Source: a virus. From it: 39,245 nucleotides of DNA. Where the stretch lies: IMG/VR virus record IMGVR_UViG_3300045988_032692. One strand, given 5' to 3'. This document shows, piece after piece, positions 15,454 to 23,856 of this stretch. Position 1 is the first letter of the stretch, and every line of letters begins with the position of its first letter. The notes under the pieces were generated by a model. The model was not told the origin of the DNA. It was given only the letters and a program-made list of their open reading frames with translations, and did not search any database. The position numbers were made by a program, and so were the translations under genes.

Positions 15454-15891
15454 TTACACTTCCGTAAAGTACAATCCCACCAGCTCATGAGGCAGGAACT
15501 GAAGCGTCACCTTGCCGCCCGGCTGCTCGCCCGTCCGTTCGCAGCGGTAGAGCTTGCCGTCCTCCGGATCGATGTAATAGAGGCCATAGGTGTACTCCAT
15601 GCCCTTTGCGGCGGGGATGGGGTCGTCCTGTGTGCCCGCGTGGGTCTCGTCGATGACGGTAAACAGCGCCGGGACTTTGTCCGGCTCCCAGCCGGTCTGC
15701 GTCGTGTGGGCCTGTGTCACGCGATAAAGCCTGTCCGCATAGACCAGCCGGTCATCCACTTTGACGGCCATATCCGGCGCCCAGCGGTCGTACAGCTCCT
15801 TTGCCTTCACGGCGTCCGCATCCGTCAGACTGGCTGAAGCCTTGACGATATAGGGGCGCAATGCTCTAGCTCTTTCTGTGTAGGTCATCAC
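15454..15891 (-). CDS. CBM5/12-like (chitin-binding-type) repeat protein, 145 aa
   Basis: Two W/Y-rich units (DRLYRVTQAHTTQTGWEPDKVPALF and GKLYRCERTGEQ). This pattern usually accompanies tail-fibre genes. ATGA-coupled to the upstream gene. Confidence 0.5.
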   Translation of the reverse strand: MMTYTERARALRPYIVKASASLTDADAVKAKELYDRWAPDMAVKVDDRLVYADRLYRVTQAHTTQTGWEPDKVPALFTVIDETHAGTQDDPIPAAKGMEYTYGLYYIDPEDGKLYRCERTGEQPGGKVTLQFLPHELVGLYFTEV

Positions 15892-16136
15892 CCTGCCTCC
15901 CCAAATATGATTCCTAGTGCCGTCTCAGCGTCTTGCAAACGTTCTTCTGTAGTCATCTCCGGCGTTTCAATCGGCGTTTCTGTCTCTGTGTAGGTATACG
16001 GTGCGCCCTCAACATCGATAGCCTCTGCATATTCCACACCAGTCTCAGTCTGCCGAATCATCATTCCTGCATCGGAATAGGTGCGATATAGCTTTACGCC
16101 GTCTTTGCGCTGTGTATAAAATTCTCTTTGAATCAT
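15888..16136 (-). CDS. Small hypothetical protein (82 aa) following the LRR gene
   Basis: Start at 16136, 2 nt after the LRR stop. MIQREFYTQRKDGVKLYRTYSD... Confidence 0.55.
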   Translation of the reverse strand: MIQREFYTQRKDGVKLYRTYSDAGMMIRQTETGVEYAEAIDVEGAPYTYTETETPIETPEMTTEERLQDAETALGIIFGEAG

Positions 16137-16138
16137 TT

Positions 16139-17515
16139 TTACACCCCCACGATATAGCTTGCATAGGTTGACCAGTTTGTAGCTGCTTTCCATGTATCCA
16201 CAAGTGCCGCTGGAACACGGATTTGACAGTCTGCGGCGATTTCTTGGAAAGCAGTGGTGCTTGAAAGGGCCGGTACTGACGTGTGATTGCTGAAATCATA
16301 AAAAGCAATACCGCCACAATAGTAGAACGCATAAGTTTTAATGCTTGTTACCCCATTTGGAATTGTAATCGACGCAAGGGATTCGCAATTAGCGAACGCG
16401 GAACTTTTAATGGTTGTGACTCCATTTGGAATTGTAATCGATGCAAGGGAGACGCAATCATCGAACGCATAATTTCCAATGTCTGTTACTCCATCAGGAA
16501 TTGTAATCGATTCAAGGGAATAGCAATAGTAGAACGTCTGACGTCCGATACTTGTTACTCCATCAGGAATTGTAATCGACGCAAGAGACCTACAATTGTA
16601 AAACGCAGAACCTCCAATGCTTGTTACCCCATTTGGAATTGTAATCGATGCAAGGGAGCTGCACTCGCTGAACGCACTATCTCCGATACTTGTTACACCA
16701 TCAGGAATTGTAATTGATGCAAGGGGACAGCAATAGTAGAACGCAGAAATTTCAATGCTTGTTACACCGCTTGGAATTGTAATCGATGCAAGGGAACGGC
16801 AATTGCGAAACGCCTGATTGCCAATACCTGTTATACCGTTTCCAAGTTCGATTTTCTGTACACTGTTTTGGTAAACGGAATTACGAGTGTCGGAACCAGA
16901 TGAATACCGAAGAATTGAACTATACGATTCATCTTCAGAGTCGCTATTCAAGCCCATCGTTCCATCAACCGTCAGCTTGATCACATACTCGCCCGGTGCG
17001 GCATAGGCGTGATTTGGTGTCCATTTTGAAATTGTTGTGCTTGTACCTGTTAGCGTATCGGGTGTGGTTCCATCACCCCAATCAACCGTAACTGTGCCAT
17101 TCGGGCAAACACCAAGCATTGGAGATGTACGCCCTTCTTCCAGCCGGATATAGACTCTGGTCTTGCCATCATCCGTGATGTACATAGCGCCGACATTCAT
17201 CTTACGATTTGTGGTCTTAAGGTCAGCAAGCGACCAGTTCCAGCCCTGACAGATAAGCCCCTCGTGCGATGGATAATCTGGTAGTGCTGTCTTTGTTGCC
17301 AACTCTTCCAGTGTCCAAGACGTGACAATTGTGCCATCATAGTCATAAAATGTAATGTCGCCTGGTGCGCCTGGTGTGGTGCCGCCAGTCTGAATATTCC
17401 CAATCGCTGTAACAAATCCGTCCGGGTAGACCAGTGGATCAGATGTGCCGCCCTTTTCGCGGATCGCATCTGCTACCTTTTTGAGGTCTGTTTCATTGGT
17501 CAGGTATTCAGCCAT
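16139..17515 (-). CDS. BspA-type leucine-rich-repeat (LRR_5) protein with PKD-like domain, no signal peptide (458 aa)
   Basis: Eight 23-aa repeats SLASITIPxGVTSIGxxAFxxCx. PKD-like TVDWGDGTTPD...HAYAAPGEYVIKLTV. Fibre-type N-terminus LKKVADAIREKGGTS. Confidence 0.9.
   Translation of the reverse strand: MAEYLTNETDLKKVADAIREKGGTSDPLVYPDGFVTAIGNIQTGGTTPGAPGDITFYDYDGTIVTSWTLEELATKTALPDYPSHEGLICQGWNWSLADLKTTNRKMNVGAMYITDDGKTRVYIRLEEGRTSPMLGVCPNGTVTVDWGDGTTPDTLTGTSTTISKWTPNHAYAAPGEYVIKLTVDGTMGLNSDSEDESYSSILRYSSGSDTRNSVYQNSVQKIELGNGITGIGNQAFRNCRSLASITIPSGVTSIEISAFYYCCPLASITIPDGVTSIGDSAFSECSSLASITIPNGVTSIGGSAFYNCRSLASITIPDGVTSIGRQTFYYCYSLESITIPDGVTDIGNYAFDDCVSLASITIPNGVTTIKSSAFANCESLASITIPNGVTSIKTYAFYYCGGIAFYDFSNHTSVPALSSTTAFQEIAADCQIRVPAALVDTWKAATNWSTYASYIVGV
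16316..16795 (-). repeat. About seven tandem 69-bp coding repeats (LRR units)
   Basis: The core GGAATTGTAATCGAYGCAAGGG recurs every 69 nt (near 16352, 16421, 16497, 16566, 16634, 16704, 16773). In frame, one LRR unit per repeat. Confidence 0.85.
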
Positions 17516-17712
17516 TAGAAGCTACCTCCATTCGCGTTTGCGATCTTTGCAGCCGCCCATGCACCGGACACAACACGCAGAAACTTTCCATTGTCAGCAG
17601 TAGTGACCGCGGGCAGCTCCTTCGTGCCCCATGCGACCTTGTTGTTCTGGACGTCAGACACCGCCTGATCGATCTCTGCGCCGGTGTGCGCACTGTTGTA
17701 CTGGTCTGCCAT
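17515..17712 (-). CDS. Small fibre-associated protein (65 aa)
   Basis: YNSAHTGAEIDQAV and LPAVTTADNGKFLRVVSGAW motifs are common at tail-fibre N-termini. 1-nt overlap with the LRR gene start. Confidence 0.6.
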   Translation of the reverse strand: MADQYNSAHTGAEIDQAVSDVQNNKVAWGTKELPAVTTADNGKFLRVVSGAWAAAKIANANGGSF

Positions 17713-17716
17713 AAAA

Positions 17717-18094
17717 TCACTCCTTCATGCAAAGAAATTCCTTGCCGTCTGCCATCAGCATGGTCTTTGTCGTGCCGGACGGCACAAAACCATAGTTATC
17801 ATTCCAACTTCCGTCCGCCCCCTGTGCGTATAGAGAAATTCTGTATTCTCCGTCACCATTCAGGAGGAAATCGTCGTAGACCTCAAAGGTTCGCTCCGTC
17901 CCCGCCGGGGTCTGGGAAAAGGACGCGATGAGCGCCCCTTTCCCTCGCCCCCAGTCCTCGCCGGTTTTCGTCGCGCGGCACTCGAAAGCCTGATACGCGA
18001 TGTCCGATGAGAACTTGACGGTGATGGAATCGAAACCGGAGACTGCCGAAATCTTATTCCCTGTGATGGTGAACGTCAGTCCCGGCGCGGCCAT
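17717..18094 (-). CDS. Beta-sandwich domain protein (125 aa), paralogous to the C-terminal half of 18094..18756
   Basis: Shared pattern ISxVSGFD...FSxD...GDG...AxGxW. Start at 18094 overlaps the upstream stop by 1 nt. Confidence 0.6.
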   Translation of the reverse strand: MAAPGLTFTITGNKISAVSGFDSITVKFSSDIAYQAFECRATKTGEDWGRGKGALIASFSQTPAGTERTFEVYDDFLLNGDGEYRISLYAQGADGSWNDNYGFVPSGTTKTMLMADGKEFLCMKE

Positions 18095-18756
18095 TATGCT
18101 ACGCTCCAAGTCCCGGCGGCGTTCCGCACAAAGACCTTGATGATCTTCGTGCCGTCGCCGGAGGAGGCCGTCGCAAGGTCGGCACCCTTAATGGTGGTAT
18201 TGATCGCCGTGGCCTTCTTGTAGCCGCCAGCCGTTCCGCTGGTGTTGCTGGAACCGCCAGTGGTGGGAATCTGCGTACCGGCGTCGTGGAGGCTGCTGGT
18301 GCTCGGAACAACACGCACCGTGTATTCCTCGAAGTCCACGTCGCAGGTGAAGGAGAACGCGCAGGTGTCGAAGCCGGAGACTTTGGAGATCCTGGTCTTG
18401 TCGGGGCCAGTGATCGTTATCACCGGAACTGCCGTGTTGACCGTGATAGACGCTGTGACCGCAGCCGTTTCGTTTCCGACGTCATCCCGCACCTTGATAT
18501 GCACGGTTTTCAGGCCATCGCCTTCCGTCAGGACGATAGACTTGCTGGCCGCGAAGGTTTCCCACGATGCGTCCTCTTCCGTTGCTGCCGCCTTGATGCC
18601 CCAGAGCTTCATCTGGTAGCCGGTCTTGGTTTCATCCGTCAACGTGATCGTTGCGGTGACGGTGTTGCTGGTTGCATACGTCGCACCGCTGTTGAGCTTT
18701 AAGGCAAGCCCAGCCGGTGCCAGCGTATCAAGAATTAGATTGAAAAAACTTGCCAT
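18094..18756 (-). CDS. Two-domain Ig-like / beta-sandwich protein (220 aa)
   Basis: N-domain W..F..SKSIVLTEGDGLKTVHIKVRDDVGNE is a typical bacterial Ig-like repeat. The C-domain is paralogous to the next ORF. Confidence 0.65.
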   Translation of the reverse strand: MASFFNLILDTLAPAGLALKLNSGATYATSNTVTATITLTDETKTGYQMKLWGIKAAATEEDASWETFAASKSIVLTEGDGLKTVHIKVRDDVGNETAAVTASITVNTAVPVITITGPDKTRISKVSGFDTCAFSFTCDVDFEEYTVRVVPSTSSLHDAGTQIPTTGGSSNTSGTAGGYKKATAINTTIKGADLATASSGDGTKIIKVFVRNAAGTWSVA

Positions 18757-18759
18757 AGG

Positions 18760-18903
18760 TTATGCCCCTTTCTTTTCGTTCAGTTCGATGTATAAATATC
18801 CGCCCGGGCGGGTATAGATGGGTTCTTCGCCGATGCAGGCATTCTTGATGCCCATCTCACCGACAAACAACTCCTTTAGCTGTTCTTCTCCGACTGTGAT
18901 CAT
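18760..18903 (-). CDS. Possible 47-aa ORF (below the track threshold)
   Basis: Hand-translated MITVGEEQLKELFVGEMGIKNACIGEEPIYTRPGGYLYIELNEKKGA. It exactly fills the gap between two ORFs. Confidence 0.4.
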   Translation of the reverse strand: MITVGEEQLKELFVGEMGIKNACIGEEPIYTRPGGYLYIELNEKKGA

Positions 18904-18907
18904 TCCG

Positions 18908-19093
18908 TCACCCCCGAATCAGATACAGTGTCTTTGCATCCTTGACGGCCAGTGCGTCATATTCTGCCCGGTCGAGGACTACAATGGTGTTGATCTGCGC
19001 GGATGAGACGTTGCCGCCGCCTGATACCGGAACCGTTTTAGCCTGTTCGACTTTTAACCTTACCGGTTCACCTTTCACTTTCAGTCGGATCAT
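18908..19093 (-). CDS. Small protein (61 aa) with fibre-type xxEYDALxxKDxxTLYLI motif
   Basis: The C-terminal DRAEYDALAVKDAKTLYLIRG motif is recurrent in phage fibre proteins. ATGA-coupled. Confidence 0.55.
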   Translation of the reverse strand: MIRLKVKGEPVRLKVEQAKTVPVSGGGNVSSAQINTIVVLDRAEYDALAVKDAKTLYLIRG

Positions 19094-19410
19094 TGGTACC
19101 CCTCCGTTTTCAGGAGGTCTTCCACATCAACCTCAAGTTTTTCTGAATAGTCCGGTGTGCCATTTTCCCTTGTAAATGCGAATTGTACCATGCACGGCGG
19201 AGATTTCAGGCCATTCACAATTTTCTTTGGTGTCAGCTGCATTGCATCCTCAAATGGGATGCGGACAACCATCGTTTTTTCGTCCACAATTTCAGGGGTA
19301 TACTGAAAAAACTTATTTGCCTGACGGACGTAGAACTCTGGTTTCGAAATCGTTGTGAGATCCACACCATCGACAGTCACGGCCAAATCATTCCTGATCT
19401 TGGATTTCAT
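19090..19410 (-). CDS. Beta-rich hypothetical protein (106 aa), first gene after the portal
   Basis: Start at 19410 with RBS GGAGGTGG. Overlaps the portal 3' end by 23 nt. Confidence 0.6.
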   Translation of the reverse strand: MKSKIRNDLAVTVDGVDLTTISKPEFYVRQANKFFQYTPEIVDEKTMVVRIPFEDAMQLTPKKIVNGLKSPPCMVQFAFTRENGTPDYSEKLEVDVEDLLKTEGYQ

Positions 19411-20758
19411 CGTTGCCACCTCCGTCGTCAAAGTCTTCTCTGGAAATATCCGCGTTTTCTCTTCGCTGCATGATCTTCTCAACTTCGTCCGGCGTCAACC
19501 ACGGCAGCTTATTCAGAATGGTTTCATCATCCAAATATGCCGCCGCCATAAGAACCATCTGTGTTTCCTCGAGCTGGTTGACGATCTTCGACCGGACGAA
19601 GGACGGCTCATCATCAATTCCGACAATCTCAAAAAGAAGGTGCAGGAAGTCCCGCACACAATATTCAAACTGGTCAACCTTATTGTCCATCGGCTGATAT
19701 GCCGCGCGAATCTCCGTCGCTGTTTTTTGCCCGCCCTGAAGCGATTTCACATCGAGCATTTGCGCATCGCGGTACAGATCGTCATTCAGGCGATTCAGAA
19801 GTGATTCTCGCGCGTCGACCGGAACTGTCAGCGTGTGGGCGTCAACCTTTGCCCCATCTTCATCGACCATCGCAACGCCGAGCTTGCGCATGGAATCCTT
19901 AAACTTCGCCATATCGATTTCATCCATGCCGCCAGCATTGGAGATCGTCCAATAAATAATAGACGCTTCATCCACGGTGTTTGCAAATCCGGAAGAAATG
20001 AGATCATAACAGTCAATTTTCTCCCGCATGCCGACAAGCTCAGACTGTTTCGCGCGATTCGCATACATCGGGATGACCGGGAATCCGGGATAGTTCCGGT
20101 ATTCCATAATCTCCGTCCCATCGACGACCGAGGACGCCACAACCGCCACATAGCCACGCTTCGGCTTGAGCACTTCCATCTGCTTCCCCTTCCGGCGGAT
20201 GTACTGCGTGAATCCATCGACTTCAAAAAGCGTCGCACGGAGCGGTTTATCACTGGACACCTGCCACCATCGGATTCCCGCGCGCAAAGCGCCGGTTTCC
20301 TCGTCGAGCAGCGGCACAAACTCGAGCGCTGTAAACGTTTCAAGGTGGTCGAGATTCCAAAATCCATAGGCAACGCCAGCAACAATCGAATCGTGCCCGA
20401 TGTCTTGGAGCCGATTGTCAAACGTTGGCCCGAGCCGTTCCTTGTGGCTTGCATCTTTCAGCGTTACTCCATTCCCGAGCAAATATTGCGTCTCCTGCGT
20501 GGCAAACGCCGAAAAGAAATTGCTGCGGAGCTTATAGTTTGCGGAATAATTGTCCGGAATCGCCTGCCCGGACAGCGTATAAAGGAGCTTCTGATAGTTC
20601 ATGATTGTCACGTTTCTGTGCTCATCATATTCCCGAGCTGTCAGTGCCGTCTTATACAAGTCCGTTGCTTTGTACGAATCAATCGCCGATATCACAAAAT
20701 CCATCCGCGCCTGTTCGCCCTTTTCGGCGATCTCTAAAAAATCCTGATATGTTTTCAT
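19388..20758 (-). CDS. Portal protein (SPP1-type)
   Basis: 456 aa directly after the large terminase. Acidic C-terminus. Confidence 0.9.
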   Translation of the reverse strand: MKTYQDFLEIAEKGEQARMDFVISAIDSYKATDLYKTALTAREYDEHRNVTIMNYQKLLYTLSGQAIPDNYSANYKLRSNFFSAFATQETQYLLGNGVTLKDASHKERLGPTFDNRLQDIGHDSIVAGVAYGFWNLDHLETFTALEFVPLLDEETGALRAGIRWWQVSSDKPLRATLFEVDGFTQYIRRKGKQMEVLKPKRGYVAVVASSVVDGTEIMEYRNYPGFPVIPMYANRAKQSELVGMREKIDCYDLISSGFANTVDEASIIYWTISNAGGMDEIDMAKFKDSMRKLGVAMVDEDGAKVDAHTLTVPVDARESLLNRLNDDLYRDAQMLDVKSLQGGQKTATEIRAAYQPMDNKVDQFEYCVRDFLHLLFEIVGIDDEPSFVRSKIVNQLEETQMVLMAAAYLDDETILNKLPWLTPDEVEKIMQRRENADISREDFDDGGGNDEIQDQE

Positions 20759-20766
20759 TTCTCACC

Positions 20767-22035
20767 TCATAACGCTAAATCCGGAATCCATTCATGCGGC
20801 TTAAACGCCCGCCGCAGAACCGTCATGGCAAAATAGCGTGTTTCGTCCATCGCGTGGTCGTTCTCTTTGACGGGTTTGTCGTTGTCCTGCTTCTCGTCCC
20901 AGCGGTATAGGCCGAACTCTCGGATTGTAGCGGCGCACCGACGATGGATTATGATTTTCCCGTTAAGCAGATAATCAGCCACACAGCGGATTCCGTTTGC
21001 AACATCGTTGTTCGCTTGCCGCACCTTGAACCCGCTGCGCCGCCGTAGCGCCTCGATAAACGACGCCGCAGACGGGTCAACAATAACCGCAGAAATGGCG
21101 CGTGCGCCCGCCAGCGCCGCCACCATATCACAATATTCCTCGTCCGTTTTCTGCTTCTTCAGCTCGCGCCCGTTGTAATAGACCTCATTCACACGGACGG
21201 CACGACCATTCCCAACACGCCACAGGCCAGCAGAAAAGGGATTCATGGTGCCATAGTCGATGGAGATGTACCACTCGCCGCTGTCCGGTTCCTCGTCCGT
21301 GATACACTGCTCTCCGAACATGGGATAGATCAAACCCTCCGCAATGCACCGCTCACCGAGGATGTCCCGGCGATACCAAATACTGCCCGTGTCATACTGC
21401 GCTTCAATTTCCGCCAACCGCTGCGGCGTGATCGTCGCATTGTCCCGGATGGTGAAATGCTGGTAGTTGTACCGCGCGCCCATGCTCTCTGGGAATTTAT
21501 CGATGTAGTGCTCATATATCCAGTGGCCGGGTGCCGATGGGTTCAAATCCCAGAACACCCGCCGAACCCGCGCCGCGAGCTGCCGGTTGAACGCTTCCTT
21601 GATTGTATCCTCATGGTGAAGGTTGATCTCGGTTGCAATCCACATCCCATAGGAGTTGCCGCGAATCTTCTTGAAGCTGTCCGCTTTCGCACCGCCCGCG
21701 AATATCACGACGTAATCCCGCTTATGTGAGCGGATAACCAGTGCTTCATTGCCCTTATACTTCGTCCACCGGCAGCGGCCACGGAAAAGATACTCCAATC
21801 CGTAGCCGTTCGCGTCCCCGATGTTCAGTTTCGCGTTTGCCGCTGTGGAACCTGTCGCAAGGTGGATGCGGTCAGGCGTCCCTTTCTCGATCAAATAGGC
21901 AAATGCCGCAATGTTGTCGATGGTCTTACCGGCCCGGACGGCGCCCTCCGCTACGGAAATCGTCGCCCGCGTCGCCGCCGCGATATATGCCTTATGCTTC
22001 TCGCCGAACGCCGGATGAAGCGTCTGCGTAATCAT
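20767..22035 (-). CDS. terL: Terminase large subunit (PBSX/Terminase_3-like)
   Basis: Walker A-like GAVRAGKT. Start at 22035 forms an ATGA overlap with the TerS stop. The N-terminal 73 codons of the track ORF are judged non-coding. Confidence 0.9.
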   Translation of the reverse strand: MITQTLHPAFGEKHKAYIAAATRATISVAEGAVRAGKTIDNIAAFAYLIEKGTPDRIHLATGSTAANAKLNIGDANGYGLEYLFRGRCRWTKYKGNEALVIRSHKRDYVVIFAGGAKADSFKKIRGNSYGMWIATEINLHHEDTIKEAFNRQLAARVRRVFWDLNPSAPGHWIYEHYIDKFPESMGARYNYQHFTIRDNATITPQRLAEIEAQYDTGSIWYRRDILGERCIAEGLIYPMFGEQCITDEEPDSGEWYISIDYGTMNPFSAGLWRVGNGRAVRVNEVYYNGRELKKQKTDEEYCDMVAALAGARAISAVIVDPSAASFIEALRRRSGFKVRQANNDVANGIRCVADYLLNGKIIIHRRCAATIREFGLYRWDEKQDNDKPVKENDHAMDETRYFAMTVLRRAFKPHEWIPDLAL

Positions 22036-22370
22036 TTGATGCCCGCCTCCGCCAAATACGCGGCAGTGTCCTCCATATCGACCGATTCCTCCGGGTTGTC
22101 CTTCTGGCCTAGATACTGCTTCCCGAGCCAGATTGCCATGTTTGCATTTTTCTCCGCCAGTCTCCACTGGCTTCTTCTGAGCGATATTTTCCCGGCTCCA
22201 CGCTTTTGTTTGAAAACTTCGTAAAAACCAGCACCATAGGTACGTTTGCACCATGCCTCAAGCGTTTTATCTGCTACACCGAACCAGCCGCAGATTTCCT
22301 CAAGCGTGCATTGCAGGCCGCATAGATTCTCGAACTGCTTTTGATCTATCTCCTTTTTCGGCCTTGCCAT
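22032..22370 (-). CDS. terS: Terminase small subunit
   Basis: 112 aa with an N-terminal HTH. RBS AAGGAGGG. Directly upstream of and coupled to TerL. Confidence 0.8.
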   Translation of the reverse strand: MARPKKEIDQKQFENLCGLQCTLEEICGWFGVADKTLEAWCKRTYGAGFYEVFKQKRGAGKISLRRSQWRLAEKNANMAIWLGKQYLGQKDNPEESVDMEDTAAYLAEAGIK

Positions 22371-22465
22371 ATACGCCCTCCTTTCTTCGCTGGCGTTTGA
22401 TGAATTTCTCCATATCCCGCTTTAAGTACGGGCTGTTTGTCTTATCAATGATCGCCTGCGCTTCT

Positions 22466-23659
22466 TCAATCGTCATGGAGCAATACCGCCTTTTCTCCTG
22501 TGAATTTCTCCCACCGATCAATAATGACATCGGCATACTTCGGATCAAACTCCATGCAATATGCGTGTCTCCCGTTCTGCTCTGCTGCCATGATCGTTGT
22601 GCCAGAACCAGCAAACAGGTCAAGAACATTCTCGCCCGGTTTACTCGAGCACTGCATCTGATAGTCAAACAGCTTAATCGGTTTCATGGTCGGATGCTCT
22701 GCCGATCTCACCGGCTTATCAAAATTGAGAACAGTGGTCTGCTTTCGGTTTTTGAAGAAGTAATGCTTATGGCCTTCCGTCCATCCATACAAGCACGGCT
22801 CGTGCTCGTCTTCTTCAATCTCGCTCTCGCCATAGAGACAAGGTTCATGCTTCCATTGGTAATCCTGCCGCCCCATGACCATGCTGTTTTTTACCCAAAT
22901 CAAGCACTGCCTTACTCGGAGCATTGCGTCTCTGCACGCCCCACGGAAGTTATACCCTTCGCTATCGGCGTGCCAGATGTAGAACGGAGCACCCGGCTTC
23001 ATTACCATTGCCGCATTTGAGAATGCATCTGTGAGGAACCGTCTAAAAGCTGAATCCTCCATGTTATCGTTTATAATCTTGCCAGCGGTTCCCTTGTAGC
23101 CCACATTGTAGGGAGGGTCAGTGAGCAGCAAGTCCATCTGCACCCCCCCTACGAGCTTTTGTACGTCCGTCAAGGACGTACTATCTCCGCACATCAAGCG
23201 ATGGTTCCCGAGTTGGTACACATCACCAATCTTGCTTTTTGGCTCCGCAGGAAGAACAGGATTATAGTCATCCTCAATAACAGAGTGGTTTAGCTCGTCG
23301 CGAAGTCCCCAGTCAAAGTCAAAAGCCGACAGGTCAAGTCCAGACAGCTCCTCGGCCAGCAAATCAAAATCCCAATCGCTTTCGTTGCTCTTGTTGTCCA
23401 CCAGCCGGAGGGCGTTCACTTGTTCCGGCGTCAAATCGTCCATACTGACACACGGCACCTCGTCCATGCCGAGCTTCTTTGCAGCCAGCGCGCGGCAGTG
23501 ACCGATGATAATCACATCGTCGCGGTCTACCACGATCGGCTGCACAAAGCCATACTGCCGGATGCTCTCGGCTACATTGGCGATTTGCTTTTTGTCGTGC
23601 TTTTTCGCGTTCCCCGGATATGGGGTGAGTTCAGATAATTTTCTGTTTTGTACGTTCAT
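22466..23659 (-). CDS. ParB-like nuclease domain fused to a beta-class N6A/N4C DNA methyltransferase
   Basis: ParB-N pattern (NPGNAKKHD...IIIGHCR). DPPY motif before the C-terminal FAGSGTT SAM motif. Start at 23659 with RBS AAGGAGAAACA. Confidence 0.9.
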   Translation of the reverse strand: MNVQNRKLSELTPYPGNAKKHDKKQIANVAESIRQYGFVQPIVVDRDDVIIIGHCRALAAKKLGMDEVPCVSMDDLTPEQVNALRLVDNKSNESDWDFDLLAEELSGLDLSAFDFDWGLRDELNHSVIEDDYNPVLPAEPKSKIGDVYQLGNHRLMCGDSTSLTDVQKLVGGVQMDLLLTDPPYNVGYKGTAGKIINDNMEDSAFRRFLTDAFSNAAMVMKPGAPFYIWHADSEGYNFRGACRDAMLRVRQCLIWVKNSMVMGRQDYQWKHEPCLYGESEIEEDEHEPCLYGWTEGHKHYFFKNRKQTTVLNFDKPVRSAEHPTMKPIKLFDYQMQCSSKPGENVLDLFAGSGTTIMAAEQNGRHAYCMEFDPKYADVIIDRWEKFTGEKAVLLHDD

Positions 23660-23770
23660 TGTTTCTCCTTCCTCTTCCTTCTCCTTGGAGCTACCCGCCA
23701 AACTCCAAATATCCCGCATAAAGCACACCAAATACAAAAAGGAGGTTCCGCAGATTCCGCTGCGTAGCCG

Positions 23771-23813
23771 GTGAAGGAAGAAACCGTAGGGGGGTCGTCA
23801 AGCCCCTACGGTT
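23771..23813 (-). terminator. Intrinsic terminator at the early/late boundary
   Basis: Perfect 11-bp stem AACCGTAGGGG (23782..23792) / CCCCTACGGTT (23803..23813). The minus strand then reads TCTTCCTTC. Confidence 0.6.
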
Positions 23814-23856
23814 ACATTATCGCATATATTCTTCTCAAAATGCCCACAATAGTGGG

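Noticed and set aside
16316-16795. Regularly spaced repeats that could be mistaken for a CRISPR array.
   Set aside because: The period is 69 nt, in frame inside a 458-aa ORF, and each unit encodes one 23-aa LRR. The spacers are homologous to one another, and there is no leader or cas genes.
15454-19410. A diversity-generating retroelement acting on the LRR/Ig-like genes.
   Set aside because: No reverse transcriptase ORF occurs anywhere in the window, and I could not find a template/variable repeat pair with adenine-specific differences.
20767-22254. The full 495-aa large terminase ORF, and the 423-aa methyltransferase ORF (22466..23737), as given in the track.
   Set aside because: The N-terminal extensions overlap the upstream gene or an intergenic terminator region and have odd composition. 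Internal Mets at 22035 (ATGA coupling to TerS) and 23659 (AAGGAGAAACA RBS) are much better starts.
22300-22476. A 58-aa ORF (MTIEEAQAIIDKTNSPYLKRDMEKFIKRQRRKEG...) between the methyltransferase and TerS.
   Set aside because: The first half looks protein-like. However, the frame stays open for 71 nt into TerS, which has a strong RBS and ATG of its own, and no RBS precedes the ORF. It may be real but cannot be supported from sequence alone.
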